22,110 nt of DNA. Origin: an uncultured Aminicenantes bacterium (GTDB taxonomy: Bacteria; Acidobacteriota; Aminicenantia; UBA2199). Position 1 is the first letter of the stretch, and each line of letters begins with the position of its first letter. Under the pieces are notes generated by a model, which was given only the letters and a program-made list of their open reading frames with translations, was not told the DNA's origin and made no database searches. The translations under genes were made by a program, and so were the position numbers. The stretch covers positions 1-22,110 of the forward strand of contig CBDAFS010000013.1 of assembly GCA_965195285.1 (NCBI GenBank). The letters are read 5' to 3'. Below are positions 1-7,985 of the stretch, piece after piece.

Positions 1-285
1 AATTACACTGTCTATTAAACCGATTCCTTTTGAAATCCATTTTTTTTCACTTGAAAGAATACCTGCATCAATTAACAGGTTGGTTTCAAGATGTTTTGGT
101 AAATTAATCCAGTAATCTTTTATAACATTTCGTTCCCTTTCGGTTCGTGCACCCTGTAATAGCTCGGCAAAAATACATTCAACAGCAAGCACTTGATTGG
201 TATCCAATAAATCCTTCAATTTTGTATAGTATGGTTCATTGGCCTTGAAAAATTCAATCCAAATAGAGGTATCAACAATGATCAT
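1..285 (-). CDS. vapC: PIN-domain (VapC-type) toxin, 3' end beyond window edge
   Basis: Manual translation MIIVDTSIWIEFFKANEPYY...IFAELLQGA...GIGLIDSVI shows PIN acidic motifs; ATGA overlap with the upstream antitoxin stop; absent from the ORF track because it is truncated. Confidence 0.88.
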   Translation of the reverse strand, partial: MIIVDTSIWIEFFKANEPYYTKLKDLLDTNQVLAVECIFAELLQGARTERERNVIKDYWINLPKHLETNLLIDAGILSSEKKWISKGIGLIDSVI

Positions 286-494
286 CTTCGATTCAAATCG
301 CGAACGGAATTTGCGGAAAAGCTATCATTGAATCCAAGTGGCCTTTTCTTGATTTCTAAATTCATTCTTTTTATCTTTTGAAAAGATATCCACTCAGATA
401 AAGCTTTAATTAGAGATTCAGTCAAATTTTTAGATTGAGTAAGGTCTTTTACATCCGAAACTATTTTGTCAGGTATTATTGCTGTTATTTTCAT
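282..494 (-). CDS. VapB-like antitoxin (ribbon-helix-helix type N-terminus)
   Basis: 70 aa, MKITAIIPDKIV beta-strand/helix pattern, translationally coupled to the PIN toxin. Confidence 0.8.
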   Translation of the reverse strand: MKITAIIPDKIVSDVKDLTQSKNLTESLIKALSEWISFQKIKRMNLEIKKRPLGFNDSFSANSVRDLNRR

Positions 495-500
495 ACCACA

Positions 501-529
501 ATTATACGATATGATATCATATTTGTCAA
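501..529 (-). promoter_or_regulatory. Consensus sigma70 promoter of the vapBC module with palindromic operator in the spacer
   Basis: TTGACA-17 bp-TATAAT on the minus strand; perfect 14-bp palindrome ATATGATATCATAT at 509-522. Confidence 0.88.
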
Positions 530-576
530 CTTATTCAAAATATTATTCAAGCTCATATTAAAGACATCATTCATGA

Positions 577-695
577 TCATAACGATTGAGCTCAGCGGTG
601 CGGTTTACCGCATCCGCTGCCCGGTATTACTTTATCGCCTTAACACGTGCTAAGGCAGCAGCGGAATAGCAGTCAGGTGCAATGCCTTGTTGTGT
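577..695 (-). mobile_element. attC: attC site (long, apparently chimeric)
   Basis: Minus strand: R'' ACACAAC, 5 bp, L'' ATTGCAC CTGAC ... L' CTGAGC, 6 bp, R' GTTATGA; internal hairpins. Confidence 0.8.
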
Positions 696-749
696 GGATC
701 ATTCATATCTGCACCAGAACCAATACCATTAAATTTGGCATCATTTTTT

Positions 750-1079
750 TCATAAATTTAAAAATCTCTTTAAGAGAATATCTTCAATATTTTGTCGAGA
801 ATCCAGTATAGATAAAACAAATACTTTTTCTTCAGCTATCCGATAGATCATTCGCCAGGGAGGCACAATCAATTCACGGTATTGAAATATTCCAAAATCT
901 CCCAATTCAGGTATTACCCTACCTCGTTTGGGAGAATGATACAGATTTGAGGTTTTTTTTTTGATTTTCTTTAATATCTTCAATGCATTCGATGTACTGT
1001 CATCAGCAATATACTCAATGATATTGATTAAGTCATTTTCTGCAACTTTCGTCCAAATAACTTGGTATTTTTTATCCAT
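750..1079 (-). CDS. RelE/ParE family toxin
   Basis: YQVIWTKVAENDLINIIEYIA...PKRGRVIPEL...YRELIVPPWRMIYRI signature; overlaps the antitoxin 3' end. Confidence 0.92.
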   Translation of the reverse strand: MDKKYQVIWTKVAENDLINIIEYIADDSTSNALKILKKIKKKTSNLYHSPKRGRVIPELGDFGIFQYRELIVPPWRMIYRIAEEKVFVLSILDSRQNIEDILLKRFLNL

Positions 1080-1347
1080 TTTTTAAATTCTTTTCAAGTT
1101 TCTCAAATACTTCATGCTGTGATATGGCTTTATTATCTTTAATTTCCTGCTCACCTTGAGAGATAAGCTTTAAAATGCCAAGAGCATTTCGCATATTTTC
1201 ATAGCTCTTGGGATCTTGTATGACTGCTTTTGGTTCACCATTCTGAGTTATTATTATGGGACGTTGAGTTTTATTTATTTGTTTAAGTAGATCTGCTGCC
1301 TTTGTTTTAAGATAAGTGATAGATTTAATATCTTCTGTAATGTTCAT
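1072..1347 (-). CDS. Phd/YefM family antitoxin
   Basis: IKSITYLKTKAADLLKQI...PIIITQNGEPKAVI motif; ATG at 1347 follows a GAGGTG SD (ORF track starts at GTG 1356). Confidence 0.92.
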   Translation of the reverse strand: MNITEDIKSITYLKTKAADLLKQINKTQRPIIITQNGEPKAVIQDPKSYENMRNALGILKLISQGEQEIKDNKAISQHEVFEKLEKNLKNG

Positions 1348-1370
1348 TTTTTTCACCTCTCAGTCTTTTT

Positions 1371-1398
1371 ATGATACTATATTCAGTCCGATTGTCAA
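1371..1398 (-). promoter_or_regulatory. Probable sigma70 promoter of the phd-relE module
   Basis: TTGACA-16 bp-TATCAT on the minus strand; TCAGTC direct repeat at 1360 and 1383 may be operator half-sites. Confidence 0.6.
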
Positions 1399-1423
1399 GC
1401 CAAATCTCTATTTTCTTATTGAC

Positions 1424-1494
1424 ATCTAATGACCAGACTCACCGGTCGCTATGAAGCACAGCGAAAAAATGTCAGGTGCAACCACTGGTTAGAT
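1424..1494 (-). mobile_element. attC: attC site with variant crossover triplet
   Basis: Minus strand: R'' ATCTAAC, CAGTG, L'' GTTGCAC CTGAC ... L' GTGAGT, CTGGTC, R' ATTAGAT (ATT instead of GTT). Confidence 0.85.
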
Positions 1495-1600
1495 ACAATC
1501 TCTGAATCTAAACAAGGATTCCTGCAATCACCAATACAGCACCAGAGTATAAGAAAATAATATTCAAATTGAAACCTCCTCAATCAATCTAACCACCAAA

Positions 1601-1795
1601 CTATTTCTTCGTATATATGATATATTCTACAAGCAATAAGAACAATGGGAAAACGACGCTTAAAAGTATCTGGGTATCCAACCCAATAACGCTATCTCCA
1701 TTTATCAGATTCAAAGACCTGAATAAGAGAAATATGATGACTCCTAAAGACAGACTCTGAAGTGTTCCGAAAATCCAAAATATTTTCGTGTTCAT
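1601..1795 (-). CDS. Small two-TM hypothetical membrane protein (cassette ORF)
   Basis: 64 aa, two hydrophobic stretches, strong TAAGGAG SD, followed by an attC. Confidence 0.75.
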   Translation of the reverse strand: MNTKIFWIFGTLQSLSLGVIIFLLFRSLNLINGDSVIGLDTQILLSVVFPLFLLLVEYIIYTKK

Positions 1796-1816
1796 GATTA
1801 ATCTCCTTATGTTAAT

Positions 1817-1975
1817 TTAAGATTTATTTAAAGCCCGAATGTTATACTGATGAGTTAAAAGCAGGCGTAGCATAACTTTCTTCCCCTGCCCCGTGTACCA
1901 GAATGCGCTGGCCTCGCCTGGTTTTGGCTCTGACACAGTAGCTTCCTCGATAATGACAACATGTTTATAGCTCAT
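1817..1975 (-). pseudogene. Collapsed remnant of a medium-chain dehydrogenase/quinone oxidoreductase-like gene
   Basis: GGAGGAG SD plus MSYKHVVI..EEATVSEPKPGE; a shifted frame gives GQRILVHGAG, resembling the MDR nucleotide-binding strand. Confidence 0.5.
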
Positions 1976-2008
1976 TTTCTCCTCCATTACTTTCAAGATT
2001 CGAGACTG

Positions 2009-2086
2009 TCCAAAGCTTACGGATTGACCGCTCCGGTGGGAATATCCTCAGCTCTACCGGAGTCACGTTTAATCCGTATGTTGATC
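2009..2086 (-). mobile_element. Degenerate attC-like site overlapping the racemase stop codon
   Basis: Minus strand GATCAAC ATACGGATT...CTCCGGT/ACCGGAG...AATCCGTA; long imperfect palindrome; R' end reads CTTTGGAC with no GTT. Confidence 0.6.
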
Positions 2087-2776
2087 TTCTCTCAGTGCTT
2101 CTTTTAACGCCGCTCTCGCGAGTAAACGCGTGGAATCGAGTATCGGCAAGGGACAGTCATTCGGATCGACGAGCAGAGGGATCTCGGTACACCCCAGAAC
2201 CACACCCTCGCATCCCTGATTCTTCATCTTCTGGATCACCGTGTTTAAATAGGCCCTGGAATCCTCGGTAAGCACACCGTTGACGAGTTCTTTGAAAATG
2301 ATCGTGTTGATGCATTCCCGATCCGACTCGTCCGGAATTCGACAGGCGATTCCGAACTTGAGCAACGTGTCCGGATACACCGGACCGGTCATCAGGTATT
2401 TCGTCCCGGTGACGGCTAGAATCCTGAATCCTCTCGTCTGTGCCTCGCGTGCAACCGGCTCGGCAATGTGAAGCCATGGAATGACCGAGTCTGCAGCGAC
2501 AAGATTGAATGCCTGGTGAATCGTGTTATCCGGACAGATTGCGAATTGTGCCCCGATGGCCGCAAGTTTGCGCGAGGAAGACAGCATTAGATTCGCTACT
2601 TCACCCCAGTTTCCGGAACGTATATGAACCATGTATTCCCCAAGTGGATGAGTATGCATGCTTATTTCGGGGTGCATATGCTCTCCCATGAGCGCTGGAG
2701 CCTCAGAGCACAATGTGCGGTAGCACAGGGCAGCGCCCTCGGCACTGCAGGCTACGATTCCGATATGCTTTGCCAA
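2069..2776 (-). CDS. Aspartate/glutamate racemase family protein (cassette ORF)
   Basis: ICPDNTIH and VVLGCTEIPLL motifs; 235 aa; visibly more GC-rich than its neighbours. Confidence 0.9.
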   Translation of the reverse strand: MAKHIGIVACSAEGAALCYRTLCSEAPALMGEHMHPEISMHTHPLGEYMVHIRSGNWGEVANLMLSSSRKLAAIGAQFAICPDNTIHQAFNLVAADSVIPWLHIAEPVAREAQTRGFRILAVTGTKYLMTGPVYPDTLLKFGIACRIPDESDRECINTIIFKELVNGVLTEDSRAYLNTVIQKMKNQGCEGVVLGCTEIPLLVDPNDCPLPILDSTRLLARAALKEALREDQHTD

Positions 2777-2790
2777 CTATTCTCTCCAAA

Positions 2791-2809
2791 AACCAACTTT
2801 TTATTAATT
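2791..2809 (-). other. Candidate attI-like or secondary integration site
   Basis: Minus strand AATTAAT-AAAAA-GTTGGTT: inverted core-like 7-mer, 5-bp spacer, then GTT, at the purM/first cassette junction. Confidence 0.35.
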
Positions 2810-2833
2810 TGAAAAAGAGGGGAATGCAGTTAA

Positions 2834-3853
2834 TTAATTAATGCTTATTCTGGTTTTTCCCTTTGTTTCCTTTATTTGTCCTATTAAAAAGTATTTTTCT
2901 TTATTTGAGCTTAATGCCTTTTCAACCTTTGATAAATTATTTTTATCAATAATCAAAACAATGCCTATCCCCATATTAAAAACTCGAAACTGCTCGCGTT
3001 TACTGATTTTCCCGGCTTTAACCAGAAACTCAAAAATTGGGGGGACTGGCCAGAGTCTTTCGATCTGCGCTCCCAGATCATCCGGTAAAATACGGGGAAT
3101 ATTTTCAATGAATCCCCCTCCGGTAATGTGAGCCATTCCTTTTATCAAATCTTTGGCAATCAGGGTTTGTACGGGCCTTAAATAGGATCTGTGGACTTCC
3201 AGCAATTCTTCCCCAATGGTTTTTTCCAACCCTTCCACCGGACTATCAACTTTTAACTTTAATTTTTCAAAAACAATATTTCTGGCCAGAGAGTATCCAT
3301 TGGTATGAAGCCCTGATGAAGGCAATCCGATAACCAGATCCCCTTTCTTGATTTTCAATCCATCGATAACCTTCTTTTTTTCCACCAACCCAACAATAAA
3401 ACCGGCAAGATCATATTCGCCAGGGCTATAAAATCCGGGCATTTCTGCGGTTTCTCCTCCCAGTAGAACGAATTCATTTTCAACACATCCTTCCAAGATT
3501 CCAGAAACAACCGAGGAAACAATTTCCGGTTCCAGTTTTCCGGTGGAAATATAATCCAGGAAAAACAATGGTTTTGCCCCGTATACCAGTATGTCATTAA
3601 TACAATGATTGACCAGATCTTTTCCAATGGTATCATGTTTATCCATTAAGAAGGCAATTTTTAATTTAGTTCCCACGCCGTCTGCAGAGGAAACCAGTAT
3701 CGGATTTCGAGTTTTTTGTTTCAGAGGGAAAAATCCACTGAATTTTCCGATTTCCTGAATACCCAGTTTTTTAACCATTTCCTTAATCTTCTTGACCGCT
3801 TGATTCCCTTTGTTAATATCCACACCCGATTGAGCATAAAGATCCTTAGGCAT
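2834..3853 (-). CDS. purM: Phosphoribosylformylglycinamidine cyclo-ligase (AIR synthetase)
   Basis: YAQSGVDI, DGVGTKL, GGETAEMPG, SSGLHTNGYSL, HITGGG and FNMGIG motifs; TAAGGAGG SD. Confidence 0.98.
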   Translation of the reverse strand: MPKDLYAQSGVDINKGNQAVKKIKEMVKKLGIQEIGKFSGFFPLKQKTRNPILVSSADGVGTKLKIAFLMDKHDTIGKDLVNHCINDILVYGAKPLFFLDYISTGKLEPEIVSSVVSGILEGCVENEFVLLGGETAEMPGFYSPGEYDLAGFIVGLVEKKKVIDGLKIKKGDLVIGLPSSGLHTNGYSLARNIVFEKLKLKVDSPVEGLEKTIGEELLEVHRSYLRPVQTLIAKDLIKGMAHITGGGFIENIPRILPDDLGAQIERLWPVPPIFEFLVKAGKISKREQFRVFNMGIGIVLIIDKNNLSKVEKALSSNKEKYFLIGQIKETKGKTRISIN

Positions 3854-3899
3854 AGAGGGTTACCTCCTTAGGAACAAATATAACATCCACATTAAAAAA

Positions 3900-3928
3900 A
3901 TTTTATAACTCATGCCAAAAAAAGTCAA
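3900..3928 (-). promoter_or_regulatory. sigma70 promoter for purM
   Basis: TTGACT-17 bp-TAAAAT on the minus strand. Confidence 0.7.
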
Positions 3929-3954
3929 TGCAAAAATCAAAATCAGGCGGGGCA

Positions 3955-3984
3955 TTGACAAATGATAATAAAATTAAATATTAT
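3955..3984 (+). promoter_or_regulatory. sigma70 promoter for the YfcC-family gene (divergent from purM)
   Basis: TTGACA-18 bp-TATTAT. Confidence 0.65.
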
Positions 3985-4022
3985 GAGTCCTTAGCAATTC
4001 AGCTTATCCAGAAAAAAGGAAA

Positions 4023-5450
4023 ATGAAAAAAAGTAAGAAAGCAAAAAAAGGATTCAGACTGCCCCATACCCTGGTTTTAATTTTTATTTTGGTGATACTC
4101 ATGTATGCCCTTACCTGGATAATCCCTTCGGGAGAATTTAACAGAATCGAAAAAACAGTAGAAGGCAAGATCAGAACGGTAACCGAACCGGGTACTTTCC
4201 ACTATATTGCCAAAGAAAGGGTGAATCCGGAATCTCTACTCATTGCTCCGATTGAAGGTTTCAAGGAAGGTGTGTTAATCATAGCCTTTCTTTTTGTCAT
4301 CGGAGGCGCCTTTGCAGTCATTCAGAAAACGGGAACCATTGATATGGCCATAAAAAAAATGGCCCTGGCATTCTCAAATCATCCAAAATATCAAAAATTT
4401 ATCATTCCCGTACTCATGGTGGTGTTTTCCCTGGCCGGTTCCATCTTCGGGATGTCAGAAGAGACCATTCCCTTTATTCTGGTTTTCATTCCACTGGCAT
4501 TATCACTGGGATATGATTCCATTGTAGGAGTTTCAATTCCATTCCTGGGAGCTGCGGCCGGATTTGCCGCTGCATTCTTCAATCCCTTTACCGTGGGAAT
4601 CGCCCAGGGATTAGCGGAGCTTCCACTATATTCGGGATTACCCTACCGATTTTTTGTCTGGATAATCAGTACCGCAGTCGTCATTACCATGGTGATGATT
4701 TACGCCAAAAAAGTGAAGGCAAATCCCAAACTGAGCCCTGTCTATGATATTGATCAAGAACGCCTCCATCAGAGCAACCAGGATCATATTGATATATCGA
4801 AATGGAACTGGAGAAACCGGGCCGTACTGGAAGTGTTTGCCGGAGGAATAATTATCCTGATTGCAGGGATACTATTCCAGAACTGGTATATAAAATCCAT
4901 TGCTGCTGTTTTCCTGGGAATGGGCATTTTTTCTGGACTCGTTTCTCGAATGCCTACCTCTGACATGGCCAGGCATTTTGTCCAAGGCGCAAAGGATATG
5001 ATGAATGTGGCCTTTATTATCTCCTGTGCAAGGGCCATTTTGATCATCGCAGAAGAAGGAAAAATATTGGATACACTTCTTTTTTATGCCTCCCAGTTTA
5101 TCGCTTTTTTCCCAAAGATTATTGCCGCCCAGATGATGTTCATGACCCAATCGGTTATTAATTTCTTCATACATTCTGGAACTGCTCAGGCTGCCTTAAC
5201 CATGCCCATTATGGCCCCCCTGAGTGACCTGGTTGGCATTACCCGCCAAACCACTGTTCTGGCTTTTCAATTGTGTGAATTTGTCATTCCCATACTGCCC
5301 ACATCCGCGGTGACGATGGGAGTGCTGGGGATCGCCAAAATACCGTGGGAAAAATGGGCCAAGTGGTTTTTGCCCATGATGCTGGTTCTGATCATTCTAA
5401 GTTTCTTGCTGTTAATCCCTCCGGTTTTATCCAACTGGGGACCATTCTAA
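4023..5450 (+). CDS. yfcC: YfcC/DcuC-like (ion transporter superfamily) membrane transporter
   Basis: PHTLVLIF..LTWIIPSGEF, GMSEETIPF, NPFTVGIAQ and SGTAQAALTMPIMAPLSDLVG motifs; many TM helices. Confidence 0.9.
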   Translation: MKKSKKAKKGFRLPHTLVLIFILVILMYALTWIIPSGEFNRIEKTVEGKIRTVTEPGTFHYIAKERVNPESLLIAPIEGFKEGVLIIAFLFVIGGAFAVIQKTGTIDMAIKKMALAFSNHPKYQKFIIPVLMVVFSLAGSIFGMSEETIPFILVFIPLALSLGYDSIVGVSIPFLGAAAGFAAAFFNPFTVGIAQGLAELPLYSGLPYRFFVWIISTAVVITMVMIYAKKVKANPKLSPVYDIDQERLHQSNQDHIDISKWNWRNRAVLEVFAGGIIILIAGILFQNWYIKSIAAVFLGMGIFSGLVSRMPTSDMARHFVQGAKDMMNVAFIISCARAILIIAEEGKILDTLLFYASQFIAFFPKIIAAQMMFMTQSVINFFIHSGTAQAALTMPIMAPLSDLVGITRQTTVLAFQLCEFVIPILPTSAVTMGVLGIAKIPWEKWAKWFLPMMLVLIILSFLLLIPPVLSNWGPF

Positions 5451-5467
5451 TCAAAACCGTAGAAGAA

Positions 5468-6529
5468 TTATACAAAATAAGCCAAAATTTCATTTAGCAA
5501 GAGTATTTTATCAGGATTAACCGCCATATTATCCCCTACCTTTATCAATAGATTCTCGTCGCTTAGAAATGCCAATTCCTTTGAATAGGAATGAAAGCTT
5601 GAAATTGGCAATCCCTTTAATCGGCGCAACCCCATGACAATTTTTCTCGACACCGGATTGATTGAATTGATTTCCTTAACCGGCAGGATATTCTGTCTTG
5701 TTTTTTTTAAATAATCAGCGAAATCATCATCATTTTTATAATCCTTGTGGTCTTGAAATCCGGAGGCAGATAAACCGATTCCAATATATTCCTGATTTTT
5801 CCAGTATTTCAGATTGTGTCGGCACTCGAATCCCGGTTTGCAAAAATTAGAAACTTCATAATGGTCAAAGGCGCCCAACCTTTTCCGTGTATAATTATAG
5901 AGTTTATATTGACACTCTTCTGAAGAGTGAGCTGGTAAAACATTTTCCAGTAAATAACAGGACACATGGGGAAGATTAAAGCGTTCAACATGAGAATAAT
6001 TCAAATCCAGCGATTTCTCATTCTGAGTGGGAAGCCCGATAATGAGATCAACATTCAGGTTTGAAAATAAGTGCTTCAGAGCGATCGAAACAGCTTTAAG
6101 AGACTGGTTCACCGAATGACCCCGCTGCAAGTAGTTGAGATCTTCTTCAATGAAAGACTGGATGCCAATACTCAACCGGTTGAAACCGGCCTTTTTAAAA
6201 ATCTTTAACTTCTCATTTGAAATATCTTCAGGATTACACTCAATACTGATTTCAGGATTTGATGCCACCTTGTAATATTTTGAAATCGACTCCATCAAGG
6301 AAAAATAATGTGCCCCTTCCAGCAGGGATGGTGATCCGCCACCAACATAAATCGAATCAATCACATACCCGGAATTCGATTTCATGCGAAGTTCATTTGT
6401 CACTGAATTCAAATATTCATTCACAAGTTGTGAATCAAATGGGACAGTGGCAAAATGACAATAGAAACATTTACGCTTACAAAAGGGGATATGGATATAG
6501 ATTCCGGCTTTCCTTTTCATGAAGCCCAC
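5468..6529 (-). CDS. hemW: Radical SAM heme chaperone HemW (HemN-like)
   Basis: YIHIPFCKRKCFYC (CxxxCxxC), GGGSPS, NRLSIGIQSF, YEVSNF and HNLKYW motifs. Confidence 0.92.
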   Translation of the reverse strand: MGFMKRKAGIYIHIPFCKRKCFYCHFATVPFDSQLVNEYLNSVTNELRMKSNSGYVIDSIYVGGGSPSLLEGAHYFSLMESISKYYKVASNPEISIECNPEDISNEKLKIFKKAGFNRLSIGIQSFIEEDLNYLQRGHSVNQSLKAVSIALKHLFSNLNVDLIIGLPTQNEKSLDLNYSHVERFNLPHVSCYLLENVLPAHSSEECQYKLYNYTRKRLGAFDHYEVSNFCKPGFECRHNLKYWKNQEYIGIGLSASGFQDHKDYKNDDDFADYLKKTRQNILPVKEINSINPVSRKIVMGLRRLKGLPISSFHSYSKELAFLSDENLLIKVGDNMAVNPDKILLLNEILAYFV

Positions 6530-6577
6530 AATATCCGGTTATGGAAACCCTCTATCATGATTCTGCCCGTAACTATC

Positions 6578-7972
6578 TTATTTCTTCTCTGGTTTCCAGC
6601 GAACCCCGTCAGGAGTATCAATCAAGAGAATGCCTTTTGATTTGAGTTCATCTCTAATGGAATCGGCCAGTTGAAAATTCTTTTCCTGGCGGGCCCTTTC
6701 CCGGAGTGTAATTTTTTCCAGGATCTGTTTATCCAGAGTATCGGATGAACTTTGCTTAATCACACCCAGTACAGAATTTACCCGATCAATATATGCCAAA
6801 ATGTTTTCTACATCACCTTTTTTCAGATTATTCATATGCAAATTGATATAATGAATAAATTCAAAAAAAACACCCAGGGCACCAGAAATATTAAAATCAT
6901 CATTCATGCTTTTTTTAAAGCCAATTTCGTTTTCTTTTATAAAATCAGAAAAAGTTTCCGATTCTCCTTCAACAGGCTTTAAACCCTTGAGTGAAAAAAT
7001 GAAATCCGTTATCCGCATCAAGGACTTTTTAGCTTGATCAAGCCCCCTGAAAGTGAAATTAAGCAATTTTCGGTAATGGGTAGACAATAACAAATAACGG
7101 ATAACCATCTCATCATATCCTCTATCGATCAGGTCTGTCAACGTATACTGATTGCCAAGGGATTTGGACATTTTCTGGTCTTCGACAATCAAATGCTGGC
7201 AGTGAATCCAGTAATTCACATACGGTTTTCCGGTTGAACATTGGGATTGAGCGATTTCATTTTCATGATGGGGAAAAATGTTATCTACTCCTCCCATGTG
7301 AATATCAAAATGCTCACCCAGATATTTCATGCTCATGGCCGAACATTCAATATGCCAGCCTGGCCTTCCGTCTCCAAATGGAGTAGTCCAGAAGGGTTCA
7401 CCCTCTTTCTTGCCTTTCCATAATACAAAATCCTGAATATTATCTTTCTCATATTCATCGGCATCACTTCTCAATCCCGTATTCAATTTATCCCGCGACA
7501 CATTGGCCAGCCTGCCATATTGAGGAAATTTCTCAATACTGAAGTAAACAGAATCGCCCTTTTGGTAAGCGTATCCCTTTTTTTCCAGAATCTCAATGAT
7601 AGAAATCATTTCATCAATATGTTGAGTGGCACGGGGATAAACATCCGCTTTAATGATATTCAGCTTAGCGATATCATTAAAAAATGCATCAACGAACTGC
7701 TGGGTAATCGCTTCCAAACTGGAATTCAACTCGTTGGCCTTTTTTATTGTCTTATCATCAATATCGGTAATATTCATTACGTGTTTGACATCATACCCGG
7801 AATAGATAAAATATCTTTTAACCAGGTCTTCAAACACATATGACCTGAAATTTCCAATATGAGCAAAATCATAAACCGTGGGACCGCAGGTATAAACTCC
7901 CATCTTCCCTTTTTCAATGGAATTAAAGGTTTCCAACTGATTGCTTAGGGTATTATAGAAACGGATATCCAT
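6578..7972 (-). CDS. cysS: Cysteine--tRNA ligase
   Basis: YTCGPTVYDFAHIGN, PGWHIECSAMS, FPHHENE and KMSKS motifs; likely start MDIRFYNTL at 7972 after a CAGGAG SD. Confidence 0.98.
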   Translation of the reverse strand: MDIRFYNTLSNQLETFNSIEKGKMGVYTCGPTVYDFAHIGNFRSYVFEDLVKRYFIYSGYDVKHVMNITDIDDKTIKKANELNSSLEAITQQFVDAFFNDIAKLNIIKADVYPRATQHIDEMISIIEILEKKGYAYQKGDSVYFSIEKFPQYGRLANVSRDKLNTGLRSDADEYEKDNIQDFVLWKGKKEGEPFWTTPFGDGRPGWHIECSAMSMKYLGEHFDIHMGGVDNIFPHHENEIAQSQCSTGKPYVNYWIHCQHLIVEDQKMSKSLGNQYTLTDLIDRGYDEMVIRYLLLSTHYRKLLNFTFRGLDQAKKSLMRITDFIFSLKGLKPVEGESETFSDFIKENEIGFKKSMNDDFNISGALGVFFEFIHYINLHMNNLKKGDVENILAYIDRVNSVLGVIKQSSSDTLDKQILEKITLRERARQEKNFQLADSIRDELKSKGILLIDTPDGVRWKPEKK

Positions 7973-7985
7973 TTTAACTCCTGAA

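Larger units (their letters stand above)
1..2809 (-). mobile_element. Integron gene-cassette array without local integrase (CALIN-like), left array; continues beyond window start
   Basis: Three attC-like sites (577-695, 1424-1494, 2009-2086) separate short co-oriented ORFs, including two TA modules; no intI in the window. Confidence 0.8.

Noticed and set aside
435-653. 72-aa plus-strand ORF
   Set aside because: Runs antisense across the antitoxin, its promoter and an attC; no recognisable motif
2830-2841. TTAATTAATTAA palindrome at the purM stop
   Set aside because: Low-complexity AT run, likely stacked stop codons
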